A program made the translations under genes and the position numbers. Positions 9,514 to 18,573 of a stretch of 64,000 nucleotides of DNA are shown piece after piece. Under the pieces are notes generated by a model. That model saw only the letters and a list, made by a program, of their open reading frames with translations, was not told where the DNA came from and made no database searches. This DNA comes from an uncultured Actinomycetes bacterium. Its GTDB lineage: Bacteria; Actinomycetota; Acidimicrobiia; IMCC26256; PALSA-610. Each line of letters opens with the position of its first letter. The stretch's first letter is position 1. The DNA lies in the NCBI GenBank assembly GCA_963745645.1, contig CAVUYD010000004.1:428010-492009 (forward strand), written 5' to 3'.

Positions 9514-11108
9514 ATGCTCGGATCGACACGTGTGGTCGCGGCGTGCGCAATGCTCGCGCTCGGTGCCAGCGGCTGCATCTTCACGGCACGCGTCGATGTC
9601 AACTCGGCTGGCGTGCAGGGCGACAACGACGTCATCGCTGTCGCGCCCGCCATCTCGAAGGACGGTCGCTTCATCGCGTTCCAGTCGAGGGCGGCAAACC
9701 TCGGAATGGTGGCGCCGCTGTCCGGGGGGAACGTGTTCAAGCGGGACATGCAGACGAACACGACGACACCGGTCAGCGTCCCGACGAACGGGCCTGGATT
9801 CGCACCCAACGGTGCGACCATCGGTGAGCCGGCGATCTCGGATGACGGTCGGTACGTGGCGTTCGCCTCTGGTGCGAGCAACCTCGTCCTCGGCGACACG
9901 AACAACGTGATCGACGTCTTCCGGCGCGATACCACCAACGGCACCACGGTGCGTGTTGACCTCGACGTCGACGGCAACCAGATCACCTCCGGTGCGACGG
10001 GCGGGACGAGGCCGTCGATGTCGGGTAACGGCCGGTACGTGACGTTCGTGACACAAGCGCAGGTGACCACCGACGACGTCCCGGGAAACATGTCGGTGTA
10101 TCGGAAGGACATGAACTCAGGCGCGGTGGTCCTCGTGAGCAAGGGCAACGGATTCACGGATGGCACGAACCCATCGATGTCGCCGCGACGGCAATGTCAT
10201 CGCGTTCGAGTCCGGGAGCGCATTGGTGGCCGGCGACGTCGGCTTGACCGACGTCTACGTACGCAACATCGAGCGCGGCAACCGTTCAGCGCGCGAGCCT
10301 TTCGTCCGCAGGTGTCCAACCGAACGATCATGCGAGCGACCCCGCGATCTCGGGCGACGGCACGCGAGTCGTCTTCTTCTCCGCGGCCACGAACATCGTC
10401 GGCAGTGACCCCAACGGATTTCGGGACGCATTCGAACGCGTGCTCGGCTCCAAGGAGACGGTCCGGGTGACGCTCACCAGCTCCGGTGCATTGCTCAACG
10501 GACAGCTATCGGTGACGTCGGCGGCGACGCGTTGTCCGGCGGGCATCTCCGATGATGGGCGCTACGTAGCGTTCATGACGACGGCCACAAATCTCCTCGC
10601 GAATGATGCGAATGGAAGTTTGGAGACCGTGTTCGTACGAGACACGCAGAAGAACACCACGACGCTCGTCGACACCGACCAGAACGGCACCCAACACGCT
10701 TCCGGGAACTCGGTGTGCCCGCAAGTCTCCGGCGACGGCCGCTACATCGCCTTCGCCTCCAACGTCCAGCAACTGGTCACGCCCGACACCGAGAACTACG
10801 ACACGTATGTGCGCGCAAACCCGATTCCGACGGTCGCGAACGCGTCGCCCACTACCGCGGGCCGGGGCACCAGCGTGACGATCACGGTCAACGGTACGTA
10901 CTTCCTCCCCGGCGTCGCCGGGCACTTCATCGGTGACGGCATCACCGTCACGAACACGAGCCGAGTGAGCGAGACGCAAGTCAAGTTCACGATCTCCGTC
11001 GCGGCGAACGCGACCGTCGGCGAACGCACCGTCATCGTCTACAACTTGGGTACCGGCGCCGGCACCCTGTCAGGCGCGACGACGCAGTTCTCTCTGAACG
11101 TGACTTGA
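9514..11108 (+). pseudogene. Putative lipoprotein with TolB/PD40-like beta-propeller repeats and C-terminal Ig-like domain; frame-disrupted
   Basis: The signal/lipobox is 'MLGSTRVVAACAMLALGASGC'. Repeated blades include 'DGRFIAFQSRAANL', 'DDGRYVAFASGASNLV', 'GNGRYVTFVTQAQV', 'GDGTRVVFFSAATNIV', 'DDGRYVAFMTTATNLL' and 'GDGRYIAFASNVQQLV'. The C-terminus reads 'TSVTITVNGTYF...VKFTISVAANATVGERTVIVYN'. The pieces lie in ORFs 9463..10470, 10160..10408 and 10440..11108, so at least 2 frame changes are needed. Confidence 0.7.
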
Positions 11109-11291
11109 TCTGCCGCGCGTCAGGCCGTCGTGATCGGCACACCGGACCGTGGCTCGCCGGGTGTAGTTGATGGGGTGGTCGACATCGCTGACGCACAAGT
11201 GGCGAACTCCCTTCCGACCCGATGGAACCACTTGGCTGTTGGTCGGATCGCGCCGATCCGCGCGAGCCGTTGTCGACGGACCCTGCGCCGA

Positions 11292-11359
11292 GCGGAAACG
11301 ACCTGAATTGGGTGGAGCGGGTGACGAGGATCGAACTCGCATAGCCAGCTTGGAAGGCT
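11292..11359 (-). repeat. tRNA-Gly 3'-fragment copy 2 (att-like direct repeat)
   Basis: 11313..11359 is identical to the same 47 nt of tRNA-Gly. The flank 'gcggaaacgacctgaattgg' resembles the other two flanks. Confidence 0.85.
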
Positions 11360-11429
11360 CGGTATCACAGCCGTATGACCTGGCCAAACTCTCGGCTTTC
11401 GACGTCTCAGGCCGTGAAGAGGCCGCGGG

Positions 11430-11970
11430 TCAACGCGCTGCATTCCTCGCGCCCGGCGTAACCATCGGCCTCATCGTCGAGCGTGCAGCAGGCAGTCACT
11501 GACGATGTGTGAGCGCGGGACGGGTCAGGACGACGGCGCTGGCGTGGCCCACGCCTGCGAATCGAGGGTGCCGTCTATCGCGGCTTGGGCGACGTCCGTC
11601 AGGTGGAGGGTTATGTATCCGGGCGTAGTTCCGCAGGCGGGAGAACGCCTCGGACATTTCGACGTCGGCACGTTCAGCCTCTGGGTACAACCGAGTTTCC
11701 GGGGTCGCGGCCTGGCAACTCGGCTCATCGCCGCCGCCGAAGCGGAGGCGATAGCACGCGAACTGCTCGCAGACGGTCCACTTCACCTACGACTTTCAGG
11801 CGCGCGCGCTCTATGAGCGCAACGGCTACGAACTCGTGGGTCGCGTCGAGAACTTCCCATCGGGGACCGACGTCCTCTGGTACCGCAAACGCCTGAAGGA
11901 ACGCGCAGAGACGCCGGCAACATCACGAGATGCAACGAGCATCGTGAACGGGCCCAGATCGGCACGCTGA
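11430..11970 (+). pseudogene. GNAT family N-acetyltransferase; frame-disrupted, 5' end uncertain
   Basis: ORF 11505..11816 contains 'FSLWVQPSFRGRGLATRLIAAAEAEAIAREL', an acetyl-CoA-binding R/Q-x-x-G-x-G/A motif. After a shift near 11790 the reading is 'VHFTYDFQARALYERNGYELVGRVENFPSGTDVLWYRKRL', ending at TGA 11968-11970 inside the tRNA flank repeat. Confidence 0.6.
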
Positions 11971-11994
11971 CCTGCGAAAACGGCCTGAATTCGG

Positions 11995-12068
11995 TGGAGC
12001 GGGTGACGAGGATCGAACTCGCATAGCCAGCTTGGAAGGCTGGAGCTCTGCCATTGAGCTACACCCGC
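11995..12068 (-). tRNA. tRNA-Gly (anticodon UCC)
   Basis: The reverse complement folds as a cloverleaf of 74 nt. Acceptor stem GCGGGTG/CACCCGC; D arm GCTC-AATGGCA-GAGC. Anticodon stem CCAGC/GCTGG with loop CTTCCAA. T arm GCGAG-TTCGATC-CTCGT; discriminator T plus encoded CCA. Confidence 0.9.
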
Positions 12069-12150
12069 GGTGCAGCCCCCGAAGTTACCGGTTCGCCGGC
12101 GCGATCATCGGGAAGACCTGTGGTCTGGGTGCGCAACGAGGAGGGTCTCG

Positions 12151-12482
12151 ATGAAGCCAGCCGATCTGTTGGATCAAGTACGAGACACGCTCACGGTGAA
12201 GCGGGTGTTCGGCGATCCGTACGAGCACGATGGCGTCACGATCGTCCCGGTCGCGACCGTCGCAGGTGGGGGTGGCGGTGGCTCCGGTGACGAAGGGGAG
12301 GATCGCCGCGGCGAAGGCGCCGGGTACGGGCTGGTCGCCAAGCCCGCAGGCGTCTACGTGATCAAGGGCGATGACGTGCGCTGGCAGCCGGCGGTCGACG
12401 TCAATCGCATCGTCATGGGCGGTCAGATCGTCGGGATCGTCTTCCTGCTCGTAGTCGGAGCATCTTCAGGTCGCGTCGTTGA
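12151..12482 (+). CDS. GerW/YtfJ-like (spore_ytfJ family) protein; 3' end uncertain
   Basis: ATG 12151 follows 'gaggagggtctcg'. 'VKRVFGDPYEHDGVTIVPVATVAGGGGGGSG...GAGYGLVAKPAGVYVIKGDDVRWQPAVDVNRIVMGGQIVGIVFLLVV' matches the YtfJ/GerW pattern plus a C-terminal hydrophobic helix. The frame stays open to 12777 only as antisense of the TetR gene. The real stop probably lies near 12480. Confidence 0.6.
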
Positions 12483-13381
12483 GCGCGGCCTCGAAGCCGT
12501 CGAGGAGGCGGGTAAGCCCGCGTTCGAAGCGGTGTGGATCGCGGAAGTGGCGGTCGAGCTGCGCCCACGTTTCTTTGACGCCGTATTCGTCGGTCAGCGC
12601 GGCCAGTTGCGGATAGTCGCCGGTCGCGATGAGTTCGGTCGTGTAGCCGATCATGTTGTTGTCGAACGGGTGGCCCTCGTTCTGCAGCGTGTTGCGTTCG
12701 TGCAGGCAGAAGCCGAACACGAAGGCATCGACCGAGCCCACGATGTCGAGCTTCTCGTCGAGTGTGATCGGCAATGAAGCAACCGCCTCGAGCGATTGGT
12801 CGAAGTGACGCACGCTGTTCGGACCCACGGGCGGGTCGTCGGTGATGTCGAGGATCCATGGGTGGCGCAACAGCGCGGCGCGGCTGCGCTCGGCGATGGT
12901 CTGCATCGCGGCGCGCCAATCCGTCGCGAAACCTTCGGTGTCGGTGACCACGATCTCACCCATCACCGCGTCGACGACGAGCGAGAGCAGCTCATCCTTC
13001 GTGCGCACGTAGTGATAGAGGGTCATCGTCCCCGACTCGAGCTCGGTCGCGATGCGTCGCATCGAAACCGCGCCGAACCCTTCCGCGTCCGCGATCCGGA
13101 TCGCGGCATCGGCGATCTCTTCGCGTGAAGCGGGGTTGGCGCGTCGCCGGTGCTTTGCGCATCCACACGTCGAGCGCGGCGAGCTGTTCCGAGGTTCGTT
13201 CGAACACTTCCGCTTTCTGGGCCAGCTTGGCCGCGGCCTGCTGGTGCCGTTCGGCGACGCGCTCGAGCTTGGCCGCCTTCTTCGTGATGCGCTCGGAGAT
13301 CGCCGCGACCCGGTCGAGGGGGTCGTTCGCGTCCTGGCCCCGCTTGCCGCCGCCCCCGCGGTGACGACTGTCACTTGCCAT
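12466..13381 (-). pseudogene. TetR/AcrR family transcriptional regulator; one frameshift near 13140
   Basis: ORF 12466..13374 contains the HTH 'REEIADAAIRIADAEGFGAVSMRRIATELESGTMTLYHYVRTKDELL' and a ligand-domain-sized C-terminus. The N-terminal coiled region 'MASDSRHRGGGGKRGQDANDPLDRVAAISERITKKAAKLERVAERHQQAAAKL' lies in the frame of ORF 12992..13381. Confidence 0.8.
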
Positions 13382-13383
13382 CC

Positions 13384-13394
13384 GTACAGTGTAC
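13384..13394. promoter_or_regulatory. Candidate TetR operator (palindrome GTACA-G-TGTAC) in the divergent TetR/ABC intergenic region
   Basis: 'gtacagtgtac' is a 5+1+5 perfect inverted repeat lying 3 bp from the TetR start codon. Further GTAC-containing half sites ('gtactatgtac', 'tacgacaacgta') follow in the locally AT-richer 13381..13435 stretch. Confidence 0.3.
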
Positions 13395-13412
13395 CGCTAG
13401 TTTGCTCGTACT

Positions 13413-14447
13413 ATGTACTACGACAACGTACGCCATACGAAGAATACGGCGATCCCGCCGCGGGCGGTCACGGACGGGGCCGACGGGCCCCGGGGTGCCG
13501 GCGTCACCGCGGCCGGGCTCGGCAAGCAGTTCGGCGACCTGTGGGCGCTGCGGGACCTCACGCTCGACGTCGCTCCGGGCACCGTACTGGGCCTCCTCGG
13601 CCACAACGGCGCGGGCAAGACCACCGCGATCCGCATCCTCACCACGCTCTCGGCGCCAAGCGAAGGCTCCGCGCGTGTCGCCGGCTACGACGTCGTCGAA
13701 GGCGCGGAGGCGGTCCGGCAACGCATCGGCGTCGCCGAGCAACAGGCGAGCGTCGACGGGCTGCTCAGCGCGCGGAAGAACCTCGTCATGGTGGGACGGC
13801 TCCAGCATTTGTCGAAGAAAGACGCGGAGCGTCGCGCCGACGAGTTGCTCGAACGCTTCGAGCTCACCGACGCGGGTTCGCGCTTGGTGAAGGCGTTCTC
13901 CGGCGGCATGCGGCGCCGGCTCGACCTCGCCGCGAGCCTCGTGGCTGCCCCCCGCGTGCTCTTCCTCGACGAACCGACCACCGGGCTCGACCCGCGCAGT
14001 CGCGGTGACCTGTGGGAGATGTTGCGTGGACTCGTCCGCAACGGCACCACGGTCGTGCTCACGACGCAATACCTCGAAGAAGCCGACCAACTCGCCGACG
14101 AGATCATCGTCCTCGATCACGGGCGCACCGTCGCGCACGGCAGCCCCGACGAGCTGAAGTCGAGCATCGGCACGGATCGCATCGACGTGTCGGTCCGGTC
14201 ACTGGCCGACATGCACGCGGTCGGCGACGCGACCCGTCAGTTCGCGTCGAACGCGACGTCCTTCGACGATGACCGCCTCATCGCCACGATCTCTGTGGTG
14301 GAGGGCACCCGGTTGATGGAAGTGATGCGCGCGCTCGACGCCGCCGGCATCGACGCCATCGACCTCAACACGCGTCGAGCGACGCTCGACGACGTCTTCC
14401 TCACTCTCACCGGCGCGAAGCGCGTGATCGAAGAGGTACCCGCATGA
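13413..14447 (+). CDS. ABC transporter ATP-binding protein (DrrA/ABC-2 subfamily-like)
   Basis: The ORF is intact. Walker A 'GHNGAGKTT', signature 'FSGGMRRRL', Walker B 'LFLDEPTTGLD'. The C-terminal extension is typical of DrrA-like ATPases. The stop overlaps the permease start (ATGA at 14444). Confidence 0.9.
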   Translation: MYYDNVRHTKNTAIPPRAVTDGADGPRGAGVTAAGLGKQFGDLWALRDLTLDVAPGTVLGLLGHNGAGKTTAIRILTTLSAPSEGSARVAGYDVVEGAEAVRQRIGVAEQQASVDGLLSARKNLVMVGRLQHLSKKDAERRADELLERFELTDAGSRLVKAFSGGMRRRLDLAASLVAAPRVLFLDEPTTGLDPRSRGDLWEMLRGLVRNGTTVVLTTQYLEEADQLADEIIVLDHGRTVAHGSPDELKSSIGTDRIDVSVRSLADMHAVGDATRQFASNATSFDDDRLIATISVVEGTRLMEVMRALDAAGIDAIDLNTRRATLDDVFLTLTGAKRVIEEVPA

Positions 14448-15313
14448 CGACGACATCCACCGCGCCGACCATCGCCGCGGCCGCGGTGCCGGCCGAGATC
14501 ACACGGGTGGAGCGGAGCCAGGTCGCGACGTTCTGGAGCGACGCGTTCGTGTTCGCCCGCCGCAACCTGGAACACATCCGGCAGATCCCCGAGAAGCTGC
14601 TGGACGTCACGCTGCAGCCGCTCATGTTCGTGTTGCTGTTCGCGTACGTGTTCGGTGGCGCGATCGCCGTGCAGGGCGGGAACTACCGCGAATACATCAT
14701 CGGCGGGATCCTCGTGCAGTCGCTGGCGTTCGGCCTCACCGGGCCCGCGACCGCGATCACGACCGATCTCAGCGAAGGGGTCATCGACCGGTTCCGCTCG
14801 CTCCCGGCGACGCGGATGGCGTATCTCGTCGGCCACTACCTCGCCGAGCTGGCGGGCATGGTGCTGTCGATCGTCATCTTGCTCACCGCGGGTGCGATCG
14901 TCGGCTGGCGTGTGCACAGCGACTTCGTCCACGTGGCGACCGCACTCGTCCTGCTGCTCACGTTCGCCTCCGCGATGATCTGGATCGGAACGTACATCGG
15001 GTTGCGGGTGCGTTCGGCCGACGCGGTCATGGGCATCGGCTTCACGCTCGTGTTCCCCCTGACGTTCATCAGCAACGCGTTCGTCCCGATCAACACGCTG
15101 CCCACGGTGCTGCAGTGGTTCGCGACCTGGAACCCCGTGAGCGCCATGGTCGCGGCGACGCGGGAGCTGTTCGGCAATCCGACGACGCCGGTCACCAAGC
15201 ACGGCTGGCCGATCGACCATCCGGTGGCGGCCGCGTTCTTGTACTGCGGCCTGATCCTGCTCGTTGCGGTGCGCGCCTCCGTGCGCAGGTACCGCGCCCG
15301 CACCAGCGACTGA
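14444..15313 (+). CDS. ABC-2 type transporter permease (DrrB-like)
   Basis: The 289-aa ORF is intact with about 6 hydrophobic helices. It is translationally coupled to the upstream ATPase. 'FWSDAFVFARRNLEHIRQIPEKLLDVTLQPLMFVLLFAYVFGG' is a typical ABC-2 N-terminus. Confidence 0.85.
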   Translation: MTTTSTAPTIAAAAVPAEITRVERSQVATFWSDAFVFARRNLEHIRQIPEKLLDVTLQPLMFVLLFAYVFGGAIAVQGGNYREYIIGGILVQSLAFGLTGPATAITTDLSEGVIDRFRSLPATRMAYLVGHYLAELAGMVLSIVILLTAGAIVGWRVHSDFVHVATALVLLLTFASAMIWIGTYIGLRVRSADAVMGIGFTLVFPLTFISNAFVPINTLPTVLQWFATWNPVSAMVAATRELFGNPTTPVTKHGWPIDHPVAAAFLYCGLILLVAVRASVRRYRARTSD

Positions 15314-15343
15314 CGGGCGCATTCAGATCGTCGGCTGCGGCGT

Positions 15344-16310
15344 TCAGATCGTCAGGACGATCTTCCCGAACACGTCGCCGTGCTCGAGCTGCTCGAGCGC
15401 GGCGCGTGCGTCGGTCAGCGGATAGGTCGCATCGATCACCGGCCGGACACGCGTGGTCTCGCACAACTGCGCAAGCCGGACGAGCTCGTCGCGCGTGCCC
15501 ATCGTCGAACCGATGACGCGCAGCTGCAGGAAGAAGATGCGGCGCAGGTCCTCGGTCGGTTCCGCGCCCGCGGTCGCGCCCGCGACGACGAGGACGCCGC
15601 CCGGGCGCAACGCCTTCAGCGAGTGGTTCCACGTCGGCGCGCCGACCGTCTCCATGACCGCGTCGACGCGCTCGGGAAGGCGCGCGCCGGTCTCGAACGC
15701 GGCGTCGGCGCCGAGCTCCACCGCGCGCTCCCGCTTGTCTTCGCGGCGGCTCGTGACCCACACGCGGTAGCCGGCCGCGGCGCCCAGCGCGATGAGCGCG
15801 GTCGCGACGCCACCACCCGCACCCTGTACGAGCACCGTGCTCCCCGGCGCCGCACCCGAGTTGGTGAACAGCATCCGGTAGGCCGTGAGCCACGCGGTGG
15901 GCAGGCATGCGGCCGCTTCGAACGAGAGCGACGCGGGCTTCGGGACGAGGTTGCGCCGCGGCACGACGACGTACTCGGCGCAGGTCCCGTCATGGATCTC
16001 CGAGAGCAGCGACCGTTTCGGGTCGAGCGTCTCGTCGCCGCGCCAGTCATCGCTCGACAACACCGCGTGGACGATCACCTCGTTGCCGTCGGGATCGACG
16101 CCGGCCGCGTCGCAACCGAGCACCATCGGCAGCTGCTCTTCCTTGATCCCGACACCGCGCAGCGTCCAGATGTCGTGCTGGTTCAACGCCGCCGCGCGCG
16201 ACCGCAATCCGGACCCACCCGTCCGGTGGCGCCGGGTCCGGGTGCTCACCGACGACGAGGCCGTGCAGCGGGTGGTCGGCATCGAACTTCGCGGCCATGG
16301 CGGCGAGCAT
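15344..16310 (-). pseudogene. Zn-dependent alcohol dehydrogenase / quinone oxidoreductase (MDR family); one frameshift near 16190
   Basis: ORF 15344..16282 contains 'LNQHDIWTLRGVG...PMVLGCDAAGV' and the Rossmann motif 'VLVQGAGGGVATALIALGAAAGYRVWVTSR'. The N-terminus 'MAAKFDADHPLHGLVVGEHPDPAPPDGWVRIAV' is in the frame of ORF 16047..16310. Confidence 0.8.
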
Positions 16311-16322
16311 GCGTCGCGTCTC

Positions 16323-17498
16323 CTAGTGGTGTTCGTCGGTTCCGAATCGGCCCGCGATCATCGCCGCGACCTCGTCGGGTGACGGCATCGCGGCGATGTC
16401 GGCCGCGACGCGTCGCGCACTCTCGACATAGGTGGAGTCGCGCAGCAACGCCTCGATCGCAGCCGTGACCCGATCCGGATCGGCGTCCTGCGGCGCCAGC
16501 TCGATCGCCGCGCCCGACGTCGCGCCCGCGGTCGCGTTGTTGAACTGGTCGGCGGCCTGGGGCAGGCAGAGCTGGGGGATCCCGCGCCCGAGCGTGGCGA
16601 GGAACGTCCCCGATCCGCCGTGGGAGACGACCACATCGGCGTGCGCGAGCGTCACGTGCTGAGGCACGTACTTCGCGACGGCGATCCGTTCCGGCAGCGC
16701 GCCGAACGCGCCGATGTCGCCACCCGGACCGACCGTGATCAGCGCGCGGACGTCGAGTGCGCGCAACGCTTCGACCGCGGCACCGAACGCGCCTTCGGTG
16801 ACGTTGAACACCGTGCCGAACGTCAGGTACACGAGCGGACGACCATCGTCCCGCGCCAGCCACTCTGACAGCTCGTCGCCTCCCGACTCGTCGATCGTGA
16901 CCGGGCGCAGCGGCTGGCACGCGTCGATCTCGGAGGAGAAGCCGGGGTCGAGTGACGGGGGATAGATGTCGAGGTAGAGGTGGTCATAGCTCCCGCACTG
17001 GGGGCGCGGTTCCAACCCACACTCGCGCCAGTACGGCCCGACGACGGCGTCGATGGCCGTCAGTCGCTCCGCGCGGAGCCGGGCGCCGAATCCTTGCGTC
17101 ACGTGCGGCACGCCGACGGCGCTCGCCATGATCGGCGCCGCGAACTCGCCGACTTCGTGGACGAGCAGATCGGGCGACCACGCGCGCGCGATCGGCAGCA
17201 CTGCCTCGAGCGTGGCCGGCAGGCTGATCTCGCCGAACAGACGAGGGAACATGTGTGCCGGCAGTTCCTGTGGTTGCAGATCAGCCCACTCGGGATAGCG
17301 GGTGCGGTAGGCCGTGTGCCGCTCCACGCCCGTCAGGCCGGCGGCGGTGAACGGCACACCCGCCGCTTCGATCGTCGGCCCCGCGTCGGCGCCGGTCGCC
17401 CAGCGCACCTCGTGCCCTTGCCGCGCGAATGCCTGTGCGAGTGGCACGAGCGGGATGACGTGCCCGAGCCCCGGTGTGCTCGTGACGAGGATCTTCAC
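16323..17498 (-). CDS. Family-1 glycosyltransferase (MGT/UDP-glycosyltransferase type)
   Basis: The 391-aa ORF is intact. N-terminus 'MKILVTSTPGLGHVIPLVPLAQAFARQGHEV'. C-terminal nucleotide-sugar motif 'VSHGGSGTFLATLGRGIPQLCLPQAADQFNNA'. Confidence 0.85.
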   Translation of the reverse strand: MKILVTSTPGLGHVIPLVPLAQAFARQGHEVRWATGADAGPTIEAAGVPFTAAGLTGVERHTAYRTRYPEWADLQPQELPAHMFPRLFGEISLPATLEAVLPIARAWSPDLLVHEVGEFAAPIMASAVGVPHVTQGFGARLRAERLTAIDAVVGPYWRECGLEPRPQCGSYDHLYLDIYPPSLDPGFSSEIDACQPLRPVTIDESGGDELSEWLARDDGRPLVYLTFGTVFNVTEGAFGAAVEALRALDVRALITVGPGGDIGAFGALPERIAVAKYVPQHVTLAHADVVVSHGGSGTFLATLGRGIPQLCLPQAADQFNNATAGATSGAAIELAPQDADPDRVTAAIEALLRDSTYVESARRVAADIAAMPSPDEVAAMIAGRFGTDEHH

Positions 17499-17505
17499 GC
17501 CGCGC

Positions 17506-18286
17506 TCAGAGGTCGTGCTCGAAGTCGTGCACCCGTTCGAGGAAGCGGTGCGGTTCGACGAGGTGAGGGAAGTGCCCGTCGCCGTCCCAGAGCTCGAACG
17601 TCGACGTCGGGATCGTCTTCGCGAGCCACTCGCGGTACTCGGCGCCGGGATCCGACCCGTGCAGCGCGAGGTACGGCACCGTGATGCCGAGCGCGGTGTT
17701 GTCGACGAGCTCGTCGAGCGCGGCGATGTCGTTCTCGAGGATCACGTCCCACACCCCGAGCACGACTTCCTGCTCGGGTGACGCGAACTCCGCGATGCGC
17801 GACCGCTCCTCGTTCGAAAGCGGACCGTACAGACCCTCGAACATGCCGTCGACCACCGCGTGGAAGCTCGTGTCGTCGCCACGCAGCATCGGTTCGAACT
17901 CGGTGAGCACGGCCTTGAACCCGGTGAGGCTCAGCGCCTGATCGATGTTGATCACGCCGCGCGGTCCGTACGCGCTCGCGTAGATGCTGACCACGGCGCC
18001 GCCGAGCGAGTGCCCGATCATGAGCGGCGACGGCGCGCCGACAGCCTCGACCACCGCCTGGAGGTCGGCTGCCATCGTCAACGCGTCGTACGGCGCGCTG
18101 GCGCTCGGATGCACCGTGGCCACGCAGATCCACGGCGACGACCCGGAAGTCGAGCGCGAGCTCGCTGATGAGCGGATCCCACGTGTGGTGCGACTCGGTG
18201 ATGCCGTGCACCAGCACGACGACCGGACCCGCGCCCGTGGCCTCGTACGAAATCGTCGCACCGTCGGGCGCAGTGACGCTCGGCAC
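17506..18286 (-). pseudogene. Alpha/beta hydrolase; one frameshift near 18100
   Basis: The N-terminus 'GATISYEATGAGPVVVLVHGITESHHTWDPLISELALDFRVVAVDLRGHGASE' is in ORF 17495..18286. The nucleophile elbow 'LMIGHSLGG' and the C-terminus 'GHFPHLVEPHRFLERV' are in ORF 17506..18918. Confidence 0.8.
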
Positions 18287-18346
18287 GGCCGCACGCTACC
18301 GCTCGGTCGACGGCGAGTCGCCCGCGCCGGCCCGCAACGATCCGAG

Positions 18347-18418
18347 TCGGGGAGGGGGGATTTGAACCCCCGACCGCCAGCTCCCAAAGCTGGTGCGCTA
18401 CCACTGCGCCACTCCCCG
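18347..18418 (-). tRNA. tRNA-Pro (anticodon UGG)
   Basis: The reverse complement is CGGGGAG-TG-GCGC-AGTGGTA-GCGC-A-CCAGC-TTTGGGA-GCTGG-CGGTC-GGGGG-TTCAAAT-CCCCC-CTCCCCG-A. It is 72 nt and CCA is not encoded. Confidence 0.9.
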
Positions 18419-18573
18419 GATGTGCGGCTCCAGCGTACGCGAGGGGATGGCGAGCCGGTCGGGCGTCGGGGCTGACTCGGCGACTCGGGCACTGTCGTGA
18501 CCAAGGGTCGAACGGCTCTACCGATCGAACCGGTTGCGGCGAAGGGTGAGACCAAGGCCACGGCCGTCGTGGG

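Noticed and set aside
8226-12068. Looked for an integrase/recombinase, excisionase or replication gene to go with the tRNA-Gly att-like repeats. Candidate ORFs included 8294..8506(-), 8437..8817(-), 11070..11387(-) and 11120..11443(-).
   Set aside because: None shows tyrosine or serine recombinase motifs. Two of them merely read through the tRNA fragments ('...PSWLCEFDPRHPLH...' appears in both because of the repeat). I therefore report the islets as integrase-less rather than calling a mobile element.
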